From assembly GCF_006345805.1 (NCBI RefSeq), contig NC_043001.1, positions 71,734,001 through 71,798,000 of the forward strand: a stretch of 64,000 nt of DNA, in the 5' to 3' direction. This DNA comes from Octopus sinensis (taxonomy: Eukaryota). Below are positions 1 through 12,110 of this stretch, piece by piece. Within the stretch, counting starts at the first letter, position 1. Every line of letters starts with the position of its first letter. Position numbers and translations under genes: made by a program. The notes beneath the pieces were generated by a model. That model was not told where the DNA came from, did no database searches, and saw only the letters and a program-made list of their open reading frames with translations.

Positions 1-1128
1 ACGGCATGCCCAGCCCTCCTTTTAACGGGTGTTGACAGCAAATGGATCGCCTGACCATCGGGACGCATCCTTTCCACAAGAAGCGAAAGAGAATGCGTTG
101 TAGTTTGGTGATGGTAGGGTCGGGACAAGGTACGACGGTCAGGCGGTAGTAGATGACGGACGCGATGTACGTGTTCGCCACCTCCGCTCGGCCTTTTAGG
201 GACAGTTTCCTCTCGGCCCATTGCCGGGCGAGAGTGACCACCCTACTCGTTATCTCGTTCCAGTTCTTCTCTACTTGGAGGTCCGGACCAAACCAGACCC
301 CGAGCAACTCAACCGGGCCGTCGGTCCAGCGTCCCACGACGGAGGCGCTGGTGGACGGCATGGGCTTGCTTCTCCAGGTGCCTAGTCGCAAGCCCACTGA
401 CTTTTCCCGGTTGATTTTCGCCCCTGTCACCGCTTCGTAGTTTTTCAGTGTCTCGCCGACCTGCTCGATGTGCTCGTGGCTAGACACTATGACGGTGACG
501 TCGTCCGCGTATGCAGACACGCTCGTCCCGCATCCCAGTTCTCGCGGGATGCCCCTCAAAGTTGCCAGCTTCCGCAATAATGGCTCGAGAGTCAATACGT
601 ATAGAAGCGACGAGAGGGGGCATCCCTGACGGACCGAACGTGCGATGTCGAAGGGTCTCGATAGATGTCCATTCACGCGAATTACCGAACGGATGCCTCT
701 GTACAAAGCGGCTATCCAGCCGCGGAAGACGGGACCGAAGCCAGCCGCTCTGAGGACCGCCTCCAAGTATCGATGGTCTACCCTATCGAAAGCTTTCGAT
801 TGATCCAAATTGATCAGCGCCCCACCCATGCCAGGTTCGTTAACTACCCTGTCTATGATGTAGCGCATCAGGTGGAGGTTGTCATGGATGGCCCGGCCCA
901 GCACGGCGCATGTTTGCGCCTTGTCAACCAGTTTCTCGATGACAAGCGCCAACCTCTTGGCTAGCACCTTGGCCAAAATTTTCAAGTCTGCATTAAGCAG
1001 AGTGATGGGCCTAAAGTTATCTATTACATTTCCCTTGTTTAGATCTTTCTTCAGCAGTGTTACGGTTCATCGGCTCACAAAACCAGGAATGCTCCCGTTT
1101 TGCTGCCAGTTGCAGTACACCGCCGCTG
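1..1128 (-). mobile_element. Tx1/L1-like LINE ORF2 fragment (RT domain), 5'-truncated, runs off window start
   Basis: Manual minus-strand translation gives NFRPITLLNADLKILAK, LDQSKAFDRV, SVRQGCPLS, YADDV, with one in-frame TGA near 1066; colinear paralog of 25785-26920. Confidence 0.92.
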
Positions 1129-1246
1129 TTTCACTGAAAACGATTCAATTTGAAATCCAATTCAAACGACCGCATGTTGTATCAACATATACATTTTCTT
1201 ATAGTCTTGTGTTGTGTCAACGTATATAGTCTCTTGTCGTGCAAAA

Positions 1247-1724
<478 letters not shown>

Positions 1725-1899
1725 CTGGAGTGGTATGACAGTAGTAGACTGGAATGGAATCTTCTTTAATGGTCAATTGACCTAAAAGTTACCTGTTTTG
1801 GCTGTACCAGTAGTGATTGGAATTGTTCTGAATAAATTCATGAGTAGTGACTGTTTTGAATATATCGTTTTTAATATTTACGTGGGTATTATTCTAAGA

Positions 1900-2095
1900 T
1901 CATTGTAGTAGAGTTATCTGCGGTGGAAGCATTCAAAAAGGGTTTATATTTTGCGATAAAGTATGATCCTTTGCTAATGCGCTGATTATAAATTGCATTG
2001 TCCCTGAATTTATAGAGGGGGAAAAATTTTGAAGCTGGGTTGTTCGTTAGTGGTGCAAATGTCAATTTGTTCGCTTAATGCTCTTTTTTTTCTGT
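1900..2095 (-). pseudogene. C-terminal fragment of a Penelope-like GIY-YIG endonuclease
   Basis: Minus frame reads SKFFPLYKFRDNAIYNQRISKGSYFIAKYKPF, resembling the FPFYK...KExYFIxKxxPxLN tail of PLE endonucleases (recalled pattern). Confidence 0.45.
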
Positions 2096-2159
2096 ATTCC
2101 CAAATTTTAATACAGGTCCTATATACGGTCATCCTCTGATGTACATAGCTTCGTATCGT

Positions 2160-2545
2160 CTTCTATAAATATATACATTCTTGTGTCAACATACATAGTA
2201 TAGTATTGTATCAAGATATATAGTCTTGAATCAACATCTATAGTTTTGTAGTATTGTGTAAACATAAATAGTTGTGTTATGTCAACATACATAGATATAT
2301 ATATACATGTGTTGTGATAACATATAATGTTGTACTGTGCCATTATATATAGTCTTGCGTTGTGCCAACACATACATAGACTTGTGTTATGATAACATAT
2401 ATTTGTCTGTGTGTGTTGTATCAACATATATAGTATTGTGTCACGGTACTTAGCCTCGTGTTGCATCAACACATGATCTTGTATTCTATAAACATCTTGG
2501 TAATCATTCATATCGATAAATATAGTCTTCTGTTGTATCAACATT
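2160..2545. repeat. Diverged ~25-bp minisatellite (consensus about ATAGTCTTGTGTTGTATCAACATAT)
   Basis: Recurrent gtcttgtgttgt(a/g)tcaacata units; two more units at about 1175-1235. Confidence 0.7.
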
Positions 2546-3179
2546 CACAGATTTGAACCCAAGATACAATGATTTAACAAAATACCACACCCCAAGGTAT
2601 TTTTTGCCTGATGCTCCTCCGATTAAGCCATGCTATCGCCTTGATTTCTCTCCGATAGTATATGGCCTCAAATTTTGTAGAAGTTATCAGCCAACCTCAG
2701 TGTTTATTCCGCCGATCCCAGAATGATGAAAGTTAAAGTCAATCTAAGAGCGGACTTGAACTCAGAAGTTAGAAATGCAACAAAAGATATTGATTCAGCC
2801 ACTGTCCCAATGCTCTACAGATTCTCCGACCTCTCCACTCTCCACTTTCCTTTCGTACAATAAAATATTGGCATCAAAATCAGTAGAAAATGCACACATA
2901 TAAAAAAAATTGTTGTTGTGCCAAAAAATAAACAATTATTATAATTACTATTATTAAGATCAAGAGGTGAGAGTGAGTAAATACACGATAGAGCACCATG
3001 CTAGCTGACTTATACCGTTTAGTTCTAATTCTTTATGTTTACACTTCAAATTTCTCCAATATCGATAAAATAAATACGAAACATTTAGGGGAGAATCGAA
3101 CAACCAACAACATCCTTCCCCAAGAAAATTGTATGGCCTTCTTCCAATGAACGAAATCATTATGGTTTTATCATTATTA

Positions 3180-3385
3180 TGGCAGAATCGTTAGCACACT
3201 GGGCAAAATGCTTAACGATGTTTCGTCTGTCACTACGTTCTGAGATCAAATTCTGCCGAGGTCGACTTTGTCTTTCATTCTTTCGGTGTCGATTAAATAA
3301 GTACCAGTTACGCACTGGGGGCAATGTAATCGACGTAATCCCTTCCTCCGAATTTCAGAACGTGTGCCTACAATAAAAAGGATTA
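3180..3385 (+). mobile_element. tRNA-derived SINE family A (diverged copy)
   Basis: Matches copies at 21105 and 55387: ggcagaatcgttagcac...gaggtcgactttg.ctttcat.ctttcgg.gtcgat.aa.taagtacc. Confidence 0.88.
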
Positions 3386-3499
3386 TTATAATTATCAAAT
3401 AGCAAAAGCAGCAAGTTTGCAGAGTTGTTAGAATGTCTAACAATATTTGATCCGAATGTTTTCTGATTACGCTGAGGACAACTTTGCCTTTCAACCTTT

Positions 3500-5280
3500 A
3501 AGTGGGGTGATAAAAAAAAGTACCAGTCAATAGCGGACCTATTAGAAGGTTGATTGGGATGCCTTGCACAACCTGTTCCGGTTCTTTACGTCTTGTTATC
3601 GCTTGTCCTTTTCATCCTGCATCATCTTTGTGTTTTTGAAAATCTCTTTCCCTCCTAGTTTGATTCCCTCTTTTACAAATTTTTTTCTTGTTTTCCCTTA
3701 TTACTTCCTTAAGGAGCGTTTATTCTTTTTTATCCAAACAGGAACCTAGATTGGTCTTCTCTAGTTCTGTTACCTCTTCGACATTCATTAATCCTTTTCC
3801 TTCATTTGCCCTTTTTCAGAATAATCAGTCCACATCTGCTTGCAGATCCATTGTGAACAGCTTCCTTGTTTTGTTGTAGATATCGTCCACGTCATTTCTT
3901 TGCCATTCCATAATTCCTGCTCCATGCTTTATTGATAGCTTCTATGATATTCCCTACATTCAATTTGGATTTTAACATCACACTGAGAGATTCTATATTG
4001 AGAAATTTCTTCATTTCTATACTTTTAATTTTATCGCTTTCCTTTATTCCCATATGTTTATGTTTCTTCTATATTTAATTATTTATTTTCATCATTAAGT
4101 AAACCAATTTCAGTACATTTTATGAACTTTACCCGCTTCATTGCATTTTTCGATTCCGAAAGTCCTCTAAACATCGGGACTAAATATTCTTACAGTTTGT
4201 ACTCAGGAAACCAGTTGGTTCTTATCTTTGCCATAGAGCCTTAAGACATCTATAAATGGGAGATGTTTCACTTTTCCCTTATTCTTTCCTAATAAATATC
4301 CTTCCTTATCTTTGTTTAGTATTAGCAACAAAGGGATCAGTATATTTACAACCAAAATGGAGGAGGGGCAGTTCTATTGAAATACTCTACTTCTGATCTG
4401 TATCCCTCTAATGTTAACTCTAATCTCCAATGATACATTGTATTTTGTAACAGGCACCTAACATTTTTGTCATCTTGAACATTTCTAAGCACTGCATGAC
4501 GCACAAGTGAAGAATTAGGTGGTACGCTTTTCAATAATCGATCCGCGCGATGCACAAATTTGTCACTCTCTTTCTGCAACTGCTCAAGATAATTTTATCA
4601 CTCATTAATTGGCCATTCGTTCCCCTGATCTTGTTTCAATAGCCTTTCTGTTCATCGGACACATGGTGTTTCCTACATAGCGGTTGTTGGTGCACCTCTT
4701 CCACGATTACTCCTGTTAGGAGTTTACATAATGGTAGATGTAATTCGTCTGAAATTTTAGATAGCATTTCTTTTCAGTTTGTCTTTTCTCCTTTGACATG
4801 CACTCATTTAGTAGTATTACTATGGTTACATGAAAACTCGTAAAACCTTTCAGCCAGTGACTATGGACAAAGTCTGATCCTGCTGTTTTCCATTTTCCTG
4901 CCTTTTTTAATTATTTTCAAATATTTGATTTCATTATCTGAGGCAAGCTAGCATCTTGCCTCAACAAATTCAGTGTAGTTTTCTACATACTTCATTCATA
5001 AGTCTGTGTAGCATATTTTCCCAAAATTTCTTTCCAAAAATAGTTTACCTTCTTCAGCATTCAGCCTCATGTTATCATTTTTCTCATTTCTTTCAAAAAT
5101 ATCAAATAAGCGTTCCTGACTTGATTAAAAATGGCGATTTTGTTTATACTGGCTGTTTCTTTCTTCGTATATTCTGATTTTAGCAAATCTCAGCTTTGTT
5201 TCTTTACCTTTTCTCTTTTTCCTTACATCAGTCTTCTCTTCTGATTTGCCTTTCTTTTCATCCTTCTTTATGACGTGTTG
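3500..5280 (-). mobile_element. Decayed R4/Dong-like (R2 superfamily) non-LTR retrotransposon, RT region
   Basis: Minus frames give KWKTAGSDFVHSHWLK, LPLCKLLTGVI, DEQKGY, GQLMSDKIIL, VKHLPFIDVLRLYGK, FGIEKC, GKGLMNVEE, with many stops and frameshifts. Confidence 0.8.
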
Positions 5281-5409
5281 TATTATACTAATTAAAAAGT
5301 TGCGCTGCTCTCCTTAAATAGCTTTGATAAGCTTATATGCAAAGCTGCCATCATTTGCATAACAATGACGTGTCGTTCTTTTAACGATAAACGCATGTCA
5401 ACAATTGTT

Positions 5410-6440
5410 GGTTGTTTGCGGTATGGGCTGCTCCTAACTTGTGTCGACCTCCGCAAGATGCTTGATTCAGTGGACATATATATGCTCTGGAGGAATCCTT
5501 AGCTGCAAGGCATACTTCCTCGACTGGTTGAGCTGATGGCGGCCTTGTATACTGCAACAGAGAGCACAATTCGGATTGGTGGCTCAACATTTGACTTTTT
5601 CCCATGATCTGTCAGGATTGTGTCTTGGCTCCCACTCTGTTCAATGTCCGCATGGATTGGATGGTGGCTCGATCGAGTTGTGGAGCACTCGTTGGTGAAA
5701 GTAGAATTACTGACCTAGATTTTGCTGATGATGCAATTAGTCTTGTTGAGTCTTTGGATGTCTTAAGGAATGCTCTCCTTTCACTGGAGGAAGAAGCAGA
5801 ACCACTTGATCTTAGGGTTTATTGAATTAAAACAAAGATCCATTCTTTCGTTGGCTTCCTGGAGGACTCTGCCTTGTCTGTCTCTGTTGCAGTCGGGAAT
5901 ATCGAAGTTGTTGAGCACTCCACTCGACAGTGTGATCCATAGCAGCGTTAGCCGTTGTCTTAAGACTTGAACGTACTGGTGTAGCTGTGGACTCACTAGA
6001 TAAAGGAATTCGGCACTGCTAATATCTGAGCAAGAGGACAAAGTTTCGGATCTTCAGGCCTCTAGCCCCCTCTGTCTTGCTCTATAGTTACGAGACTTGA
6101 GACACTGTCGGGCCCTTAGGAAGTGCCTGAACTCCTTTGGTACCAGAACACTTCGCAGGATTATGGGTTACCATTGGTCGGGTTTTGTATCTAACCAACG
6201 GTTTTACTCAGAAATTGAGATATGTCCCGTCACCAGTATGATTCGTGAGCTCAGCTGAAACTGTTTGGTCGTATTACCCGATTTTCCGAGTTAGATCCTG
6301 TGTATCGTGTTTTTGTCTCTGAGGATCTGGCCGGGGTGACAACTCGTGTTGATTGGCCACATGCCACATAGTCACAGCAAATGAATAAGTATCTCGAGAT
6401 TACGAGGACTGGCTGAAACACTGCTCAGAGGGTTATCTGG
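5410..6440 (+). mobile_element. Decayed RTE-clade LINE RT fragment
   Basis: VDLRKMLDSV, QDCVLAPTLFN, DLDFADDA, TKFRIFR...LLYSYET, RIMGYHW...VSN motifs. Confidence 0.82.
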
Positions 6441-6532
6441 GTCGACCCGAGCAAAGACTATTCATATCAAATTCACTTTCTGTTCAACTGTTCACATCTT
6501 TTTGGCCATTGTTTTTTGCTCGTTTTTCAGCT

Positions 6533-6562
6533 GCAAGTTGTTGCTGCTGCTGCTGCTGCTGC

Positions 6563-6599
<37 letters not shown>

Positions 6600-6700
6600 G
6601 CTGCTGCTGCTGCTGTTGTTGTTGTTGTCATCGTCGTCGTCGGTGTTGTCATTGTAGTTGCTGACGTTGTTGTTATTGTTGTTATTATTACTGTTGTTGA
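6533..6700. repeat. (GCT)n/(GTT)n trinucleotide microsatellite
   Basis: Directly visible. Confidence 0.95.
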
Positions 6701-7002
6701 CTTCTACTGGTCTGATAAGTCGTGTTTTTACTATCATCTGTCTAGACTAGCCTATAAAATATTTAAATTACGTAAAAGAACATATTTTTCATACAAAGAA
6801 CATTTAAACGTTTAAAAGCTTGTCTACAAAGATCCAGACGAACAAAACATGTTTTTAAACAAATTTTATCTTACACTCATGTATGTATGTATGTATGTAT
6901 GTATATATCTATATCGATATATATAACGGTTTTTTTAAATATACTGCCCACGCTTCCTGATGATTTCCTTTGCTGTAGAGTAAGGGACTTCATCCTATAT
7001 TG

Positions 7003-7040
<38 letters not shown>

Positions 7041-7168
7041 CATACATACATACAAACATACATCCATCCCTACATACATACATACATACATACATACATA
7101 CATACATACATACATACATACATACATACATACATACATACATACATGCATACATACATACATACACA

Positions 7169-7364
7169 CACGAGGAAGTGCTGAAAAGTTCCTGGCTTTG
7201 AGGCCCAACCTTCCGAGTTCTTTTACAGGGCTTAGAAAGACTGAAGGGCCATTACCATAAGCGTGTGAATCTGAGAGGGGAATATGTTGAAGAAAGTCAT
7301 AATTAACTGATCCTCCTGCATTTACTTTTACCCAAAGCCAGTAACTTTTCAGCAGCCCCTCGTA
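7169..7364 (+). mobile_element. Mariner-derived MITE (internally deleted)
   Basis: ~32-bp TIRs cacgaggaagtgctgaaaagttcctggctttg / caaagccagtaacttttcagcagcccctcgta; interior encodes a transposase C-terminus (QGLERLKGHYHKRVNLRGEYVE). Confidence 0.85.
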
Positions 7365-8152
7365 TGTATGTGTATGCGCGCGTGTGTATGCGTGTATGTA
7401 TATATGTATATGCAAGTATATATATGTATGTATCTATAGGTCTATGTATGTGTGCCTCTTATAGTGTAAAATGGTGGCGTGTAATGCCGGTCAAAACAAT
7501 TAAAGCTGAAGGTAAGCATGTTTCCACAGGTTTTCAACACCAAAATATTAGAAAAACACAGGAGGACTTTGTAGTAAAATATATTCAATTTTGAAGTGTT
7601 TGTAGAAACTAGCACTGTTAGGAGGAATCCCAGAGCCGGAAATGGGATAACTAGCCACAGCTGTTTGCACGCTGACGATTTTACTGTTTTGACGAAAGTT
7701 CGTTTTAGCCCTGAAGGCAAACACACACACACGCGAGAGCAGAAATATACGCATACAGATAGAAAAAGTGACAGAAAGAGGGTGAGAGAGAGAGAGATTA
7801 CAATTTACTAATTGAACACGATTGACATAAACATTTTTTCTCTCTTCATACACAGAGAGAGAAGACGAAGTGAGAGAATGAAAGAAAAAACATTAAAATG
7901 GCTGCCAGCGCCGAATCAGCAACACCGAATAGGTGACATCAAAACAGTTATGCTAAAACGGAGTATATCCTACTAAAGATTCGTTTGGTAAAGCAACAAT
8001 AAAAACACGAGTCCAACACACAAGCTTTGTCAAACAAAAGTATCTTTGTATTTCTGAATGATAGAAATTTGAGGGGTCCTTTTTCTCCATTTTTATAAAT
8101 GTAACTTGAAACAAACACCTTTAGATTTCTTTTTTCTTTTTTCTTTTTTAGT

Positions 8153-8337
8153 TATTTCAGTCATTTGATTACGGTCATGCTAGGGCACCACATTGAAGGA
8201 TTTTTTGGTCGAAGAAATTGCGCCCAGAACTTCTTTTTAACTTAGTACTTATTCTATCAGTCTCTTTTGCCGAACTGCAAACTTAGGGAGACGTAAGCAC
8301 ACTAACACCAGTTGTCAAACGGTGGTGGGGGACAAAC
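8153..8337 (-). mobile_element. SINE family B, 3' half
   Basis: Reverse complement matches the 3' half of 37413-37787. Confidence 0.8.
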
Positions 8338-8848
8338 ATTTTTTCTATTTAATCTAGCTATTATGGCACCTATATTTGGAAGAGTAGAGTATGATGTTCT
8401 AACTGATTTACTAGAAATTATTTTATAATATTTATGGGAAGCAGGGAAGTTTGTTTCTAGTATGGACATAAATTTGCCATATATTTTCGTAGAAATTGTA
8501 CAGTTGAAGGGAATATTCAGCCATACAAATTTTTTCTTTTGAATTTTTTTATTTGAGTAAGGGTGGGAAAGATTTATGTTAACTATATCCTTCAGAGTTT
8601 TGTTATTATCTTTAGTCTTATACATATATTTATTAGGTTTTTTATCAGTGGGAGAGATTTTTATATTATTATTTGTATTTATTTTATTTAACTTAACCTT
8701 TTTATACTTATTTATGTCCTGTTTACCATTTCCATTTCTTTCATCAGGTTTATAAGCTAGGTTATCTGGTTTGGTTGATTTATATTTTTTTTAAGTTGTA
8801 GATTCTATATTATTTGAGCCATTGTCTATTTAATTAAAAAATTCCATA

Positions 8849-8936
8849 TGTGGCTGAAGACTGCTCTACATTTTAAAACTGATGTAATACTTACATTGTT
8901 TAATTAAATGAAGTAGCATGAAACGATTGTACTACA
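8849..8936 (+). ncRNA. Candidate type-I hammerhead ribozyme (left palindrome arm)
   Basis: tgtgg CTGAAGA ctgct..agcat GAAA C gatt GT A ctaca: 5-bp stem I, intact core, GUA site; first stem II pair mismatched. Confidence 0.6.
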
Positions 8937-9067
8937 CTACTTTTGGATATCCTTGCTGCTTATTTTGATTACAATCACCCCATTTGATTTATATGGATAA
9001 TACTATACCAAATTCTGGTGCCTTTAACTTAAGTACCATATTCATCGGAATCTAAATTTTTGCTGAA

Positions 9068-9109
<42 letters not shown>

Positions 9110-9240
9110 TTCAGCAAAAATTTAGATTCCGATGAATATGGTACTTAAGTTAAAGGCACCAGAATTTGGTATAGTATTATCCATATAAATCAAATGGGGT
9201 GATTGTAATCAAAATAAGCAGCAAGGATATCCAAAAGTAG

Positions 9241-9328
9241 TGTAGTACAATCGTTTCATGCTACTTCATTTAATTAAACAATGTAAGTATTACATCAGTT
9301 TTAAAATGTAGAGCAGTCTTCAGCCACA
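9241..9328 (-). ncRNA. Mirror copy of the candidate hammerhead (right palindrome arm)
   Basis: Reverse complement of 8849-8936. Confidence 0.6.
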
Positions 9329-9349
9329 TATGGAATTTTTTAATTAAAT

Positions 9350-9884
9350 AGACAATGGCTCAAATAATATAGAATCTACAACTTTAAAAAAATATAAATC
9401 AACCAAACCAGATAACCTAGCTTATAAACCTGATGAAAGAAATGGAAATGGTAAACAGGACATAAATAAGTATAAAAAGGTTAAGTTAAATAAAATGAAT
9501 ACAAATAATAATATAAAAATCTCTCCCACTGATAAAAAAACCTAATAAATATATGTATAAGACTAAAGATAATAACAAAACTCTGAAGGATATAGTTAAC
9601 ATAAATCTTTCCCACCCTTACTCAAATAAAAAAAATTCAAAAGAAAAATTTTGTATGGCTGAATATTCCCTTCAACTGTACAATTTCTACGAAAATATAT
9701 GGCAAATTTATGTCCATACTAGAAACAAACTTCCCTGCTTCCCATAAATATTATAAAATAATTTCTAGTAAATCAGTTAGAACATCATACTCTACTCTTC
9801 CAAATATAGGTGCCATAATAGCTAGATTAAATAGAAAAAATATTAAGTTAGCCAGAAATGTTGAAAATAGCAATAATAATAATG

Positions 9885-9953
<69 letters not shown>

Positions 9954-10978
9954 TAGCAATATTGTTTTCTTGATTGCTATCTTCACTGTTTGAGAAAAAT
10001 ATTAAGAATGATCTCGTTTGAGATTACAACCATCTTTGGCTAGTTTAACCGTGTTGTGACCACTATTTTGATTGGTTAGCATCTAAGCGCGGTCTGTCTC
10101 TCTACCTACTTCGCGCCAGTGTGTAAACTGACCAATCACGGCTTTCGGATAGGACTTTCCATTTGAGCCATCTTAACTCTTTAAATAGGCTGATATATTA
10201 CGATTCACTGTCTTTTGGCTTAAGACTTTTTAAGGTCTTAGTCGGAGACTACACAGAGCATACTCAACCATGTTCCAGTTCGAAAGGCAGACGACAACCA
10301 AGCAAAACATAATATGAAGACGCTATTATAAACCAAGCGACAGACATAACGTCATAGCCAACATCGTCTCCATCTACAAGGATTCAACTTGTACACAAGA
10401 TAAATACAGATTCAACTCATGCTGTTAATGAGAAAATCTCACCACAGAAAGACAGTTGCAGTATATATCTGAAAGAATATCTATACCAAGAGAAAAATAT
10501 GCACAACAAGTGACTCAACTAATCTCAGCTCCGAGACTCAAATCTTGTATAGAACTCATTATGGTGTACTACATGAACTGGTAAAATAACTCTAAAGTAA
10601 CTTCATCTAAACTCAAAATGTTGAGATTTCTTTTATGCTCTGTTGTATTTGCATAAACCTTATTTCTGTACTTTTGTCGCACACACGAACAGACAGACAC
10701 AAATATATTAAGCATGCATCCATGACACAACACTACGCTAATAACAACAAATCACTTTGTACACAGGGAATAAAATATACCTTCCCTTTATAAAAGTAGA
10801 ACGGTTTTTGACGTTCCTTTATACATTTACTTTGGCACTGTATATTAAATATGTATTATGGCTTATATAACATTAAGTTATGTTATGTTGGGATGTAGCC
10901 GGACGCTGTTGAACAAGAGGAGAAAATATGTCACCGAAACTCCCTCTCGTGCGGTCGTATTCTAACATCATCATCATC

Positions 10979-11029
<51 letters not shown>

Positions 11030-11678
11030 GCATTAATATAAACAATAATAATAATAATATAAATGAAAATAATAAAAATGTGAAAAGTGAGAGAATGGAG
11101 AAAAAATTAGTAACAAACAACCCTAACTTACATAGCAATATAATTATAGATAAGGGAAATAATACTAATGTTAATAATAGCTCTAATAATAACAATGAAA
11201 ACAGCTTGTTCCTAAATAATACTAATATCAGAAATCATCCCCCCCCCAGTTGTAATTGTAGAATTAGATCAAGATGTCCGGTATCTGGTCGGTGTCTGGT
11301 CCAAAACGTAATTTATAAATGTACAGTAATAATTTCAAATAATAGCTATTTTTATTTCGGATGTTCGATAGATCTGGAAAAAAAAAACGCTTAAACAATC
11401 ATTTATCTAATTTTAGACTTAAACATAAGGCGGGTTGCACAACGCTGTCTAGTAACATTTGGGAATTGAAAGGAAAAAATATCCAGTTTAACCTTAAATG
11501 GGATATAATAAGAAAGGCACAGCCTTATAAAAATAGTAGAGATGGATGTGAACTTTGTTCTATGGAGACATATGAAATTTTGAAACATAAGAATAATATA
11601 AACTTATTGAATAACCGTTTTGATCTAGGAGTATCCTGCATACATTGTGCCACCCGTACTTTTAAATATTTTAAATAA
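9350..11678 (+). mobile_element. Penelope-like element remnant encoding a GIY-YIG endonuclease region, interrupted by a ~1 kb insert; no RT detected
   Basis: KKFVWLNIPFN...FPASHKYYKIISSKSVRTSYSTLPNI; CNCR..RCPVSGRCLVQNVIYKC..YFG..RLNNH; TTLSSNIWELK; CELCSME; LLNNR; CIHC. Frameshifts at A-runs near 9540, 9630 and 11378-11387. Confidence 0.85.
9952..10966 (+). mobile_element. Probable solo LTR inserted in an (AAT)n tract
   Basis: TGTAG...CTAACA termini; CCAAT boxes at 10070 (reverse) and 10132; TTTAAATAG at 10180; AATAAA at 10769. No clean TSD. Confidence 0.5.
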
Positions 11679-12069
11679 TAGCATTCTGACTATTCCTAAA
11701 TTTTCAAATCTTAATGTTTTGTAACCAAATAAGGAAATGATATACCATACTAGTTTTTATTTAACCTGCATGGATTATTAAGAAATTTAATAATATAAAT
11801 AGATTGAATAAAGTGAAATAAAATCTTTCAAAATTTTCTATAAAGGATTGCATAAATTCCATATATCTAGTGAAATTATTAAGTTCATCATGGTAACTTC
11901 CCTTCCATTACACTTTAAAATATTTTAAAGGCTCTTAATATATGTGCTAATTCATAAGTTTTTTTTTTGCTAGGAATATTCACATAATTAGCTCTTCTTA
12001 ATTCCCCTTAATTAATATTCAAAGCCTGATAATTAAATAGATAATAATCATCGTGACCTGGTGGTTACC

Positions 12070-12110
12070 GCCCGTTGATAAGAGACAATAATCTCGAAAC
12101 CGGTCCGTGC
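12070..12110 (+). ncRNA. Minimal type-I hammerhead ribozyme with U3-A8 core variant
   Basis: gcccg TTGATAA GAGA caataa TCTC GAAA CCGG TC cgtgc: perfect stem II, palindromic ACCGGT stem III, GUC site, stem I with one mismatch. Confidence 0.75.

Larger units (their letters stand above)
8338..9841. repeat. Long inverted repeat: arms 8338-9070 and 9107-9841 around a (TA)n spacer
   Basis: Arms are reverse complements with only a few substitutions and homopolymer indels; mirrored ORFs 8302-8625(-) and 9553-9973(+). Confidence 0.97.

Noticed and set aside
153-1229. Plus-strand ORFs over the first 1.2 kb, likewise those at 26157-27587
   Set aside because: Antisense shadows of the minus-strand LINE ORF2.
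6950-7005. CTGATGA followed by a hairpin
   Set aside because: No GAAA after the hairpin; the ~12-bp symmetry is too short to call a foldback ribozyme.
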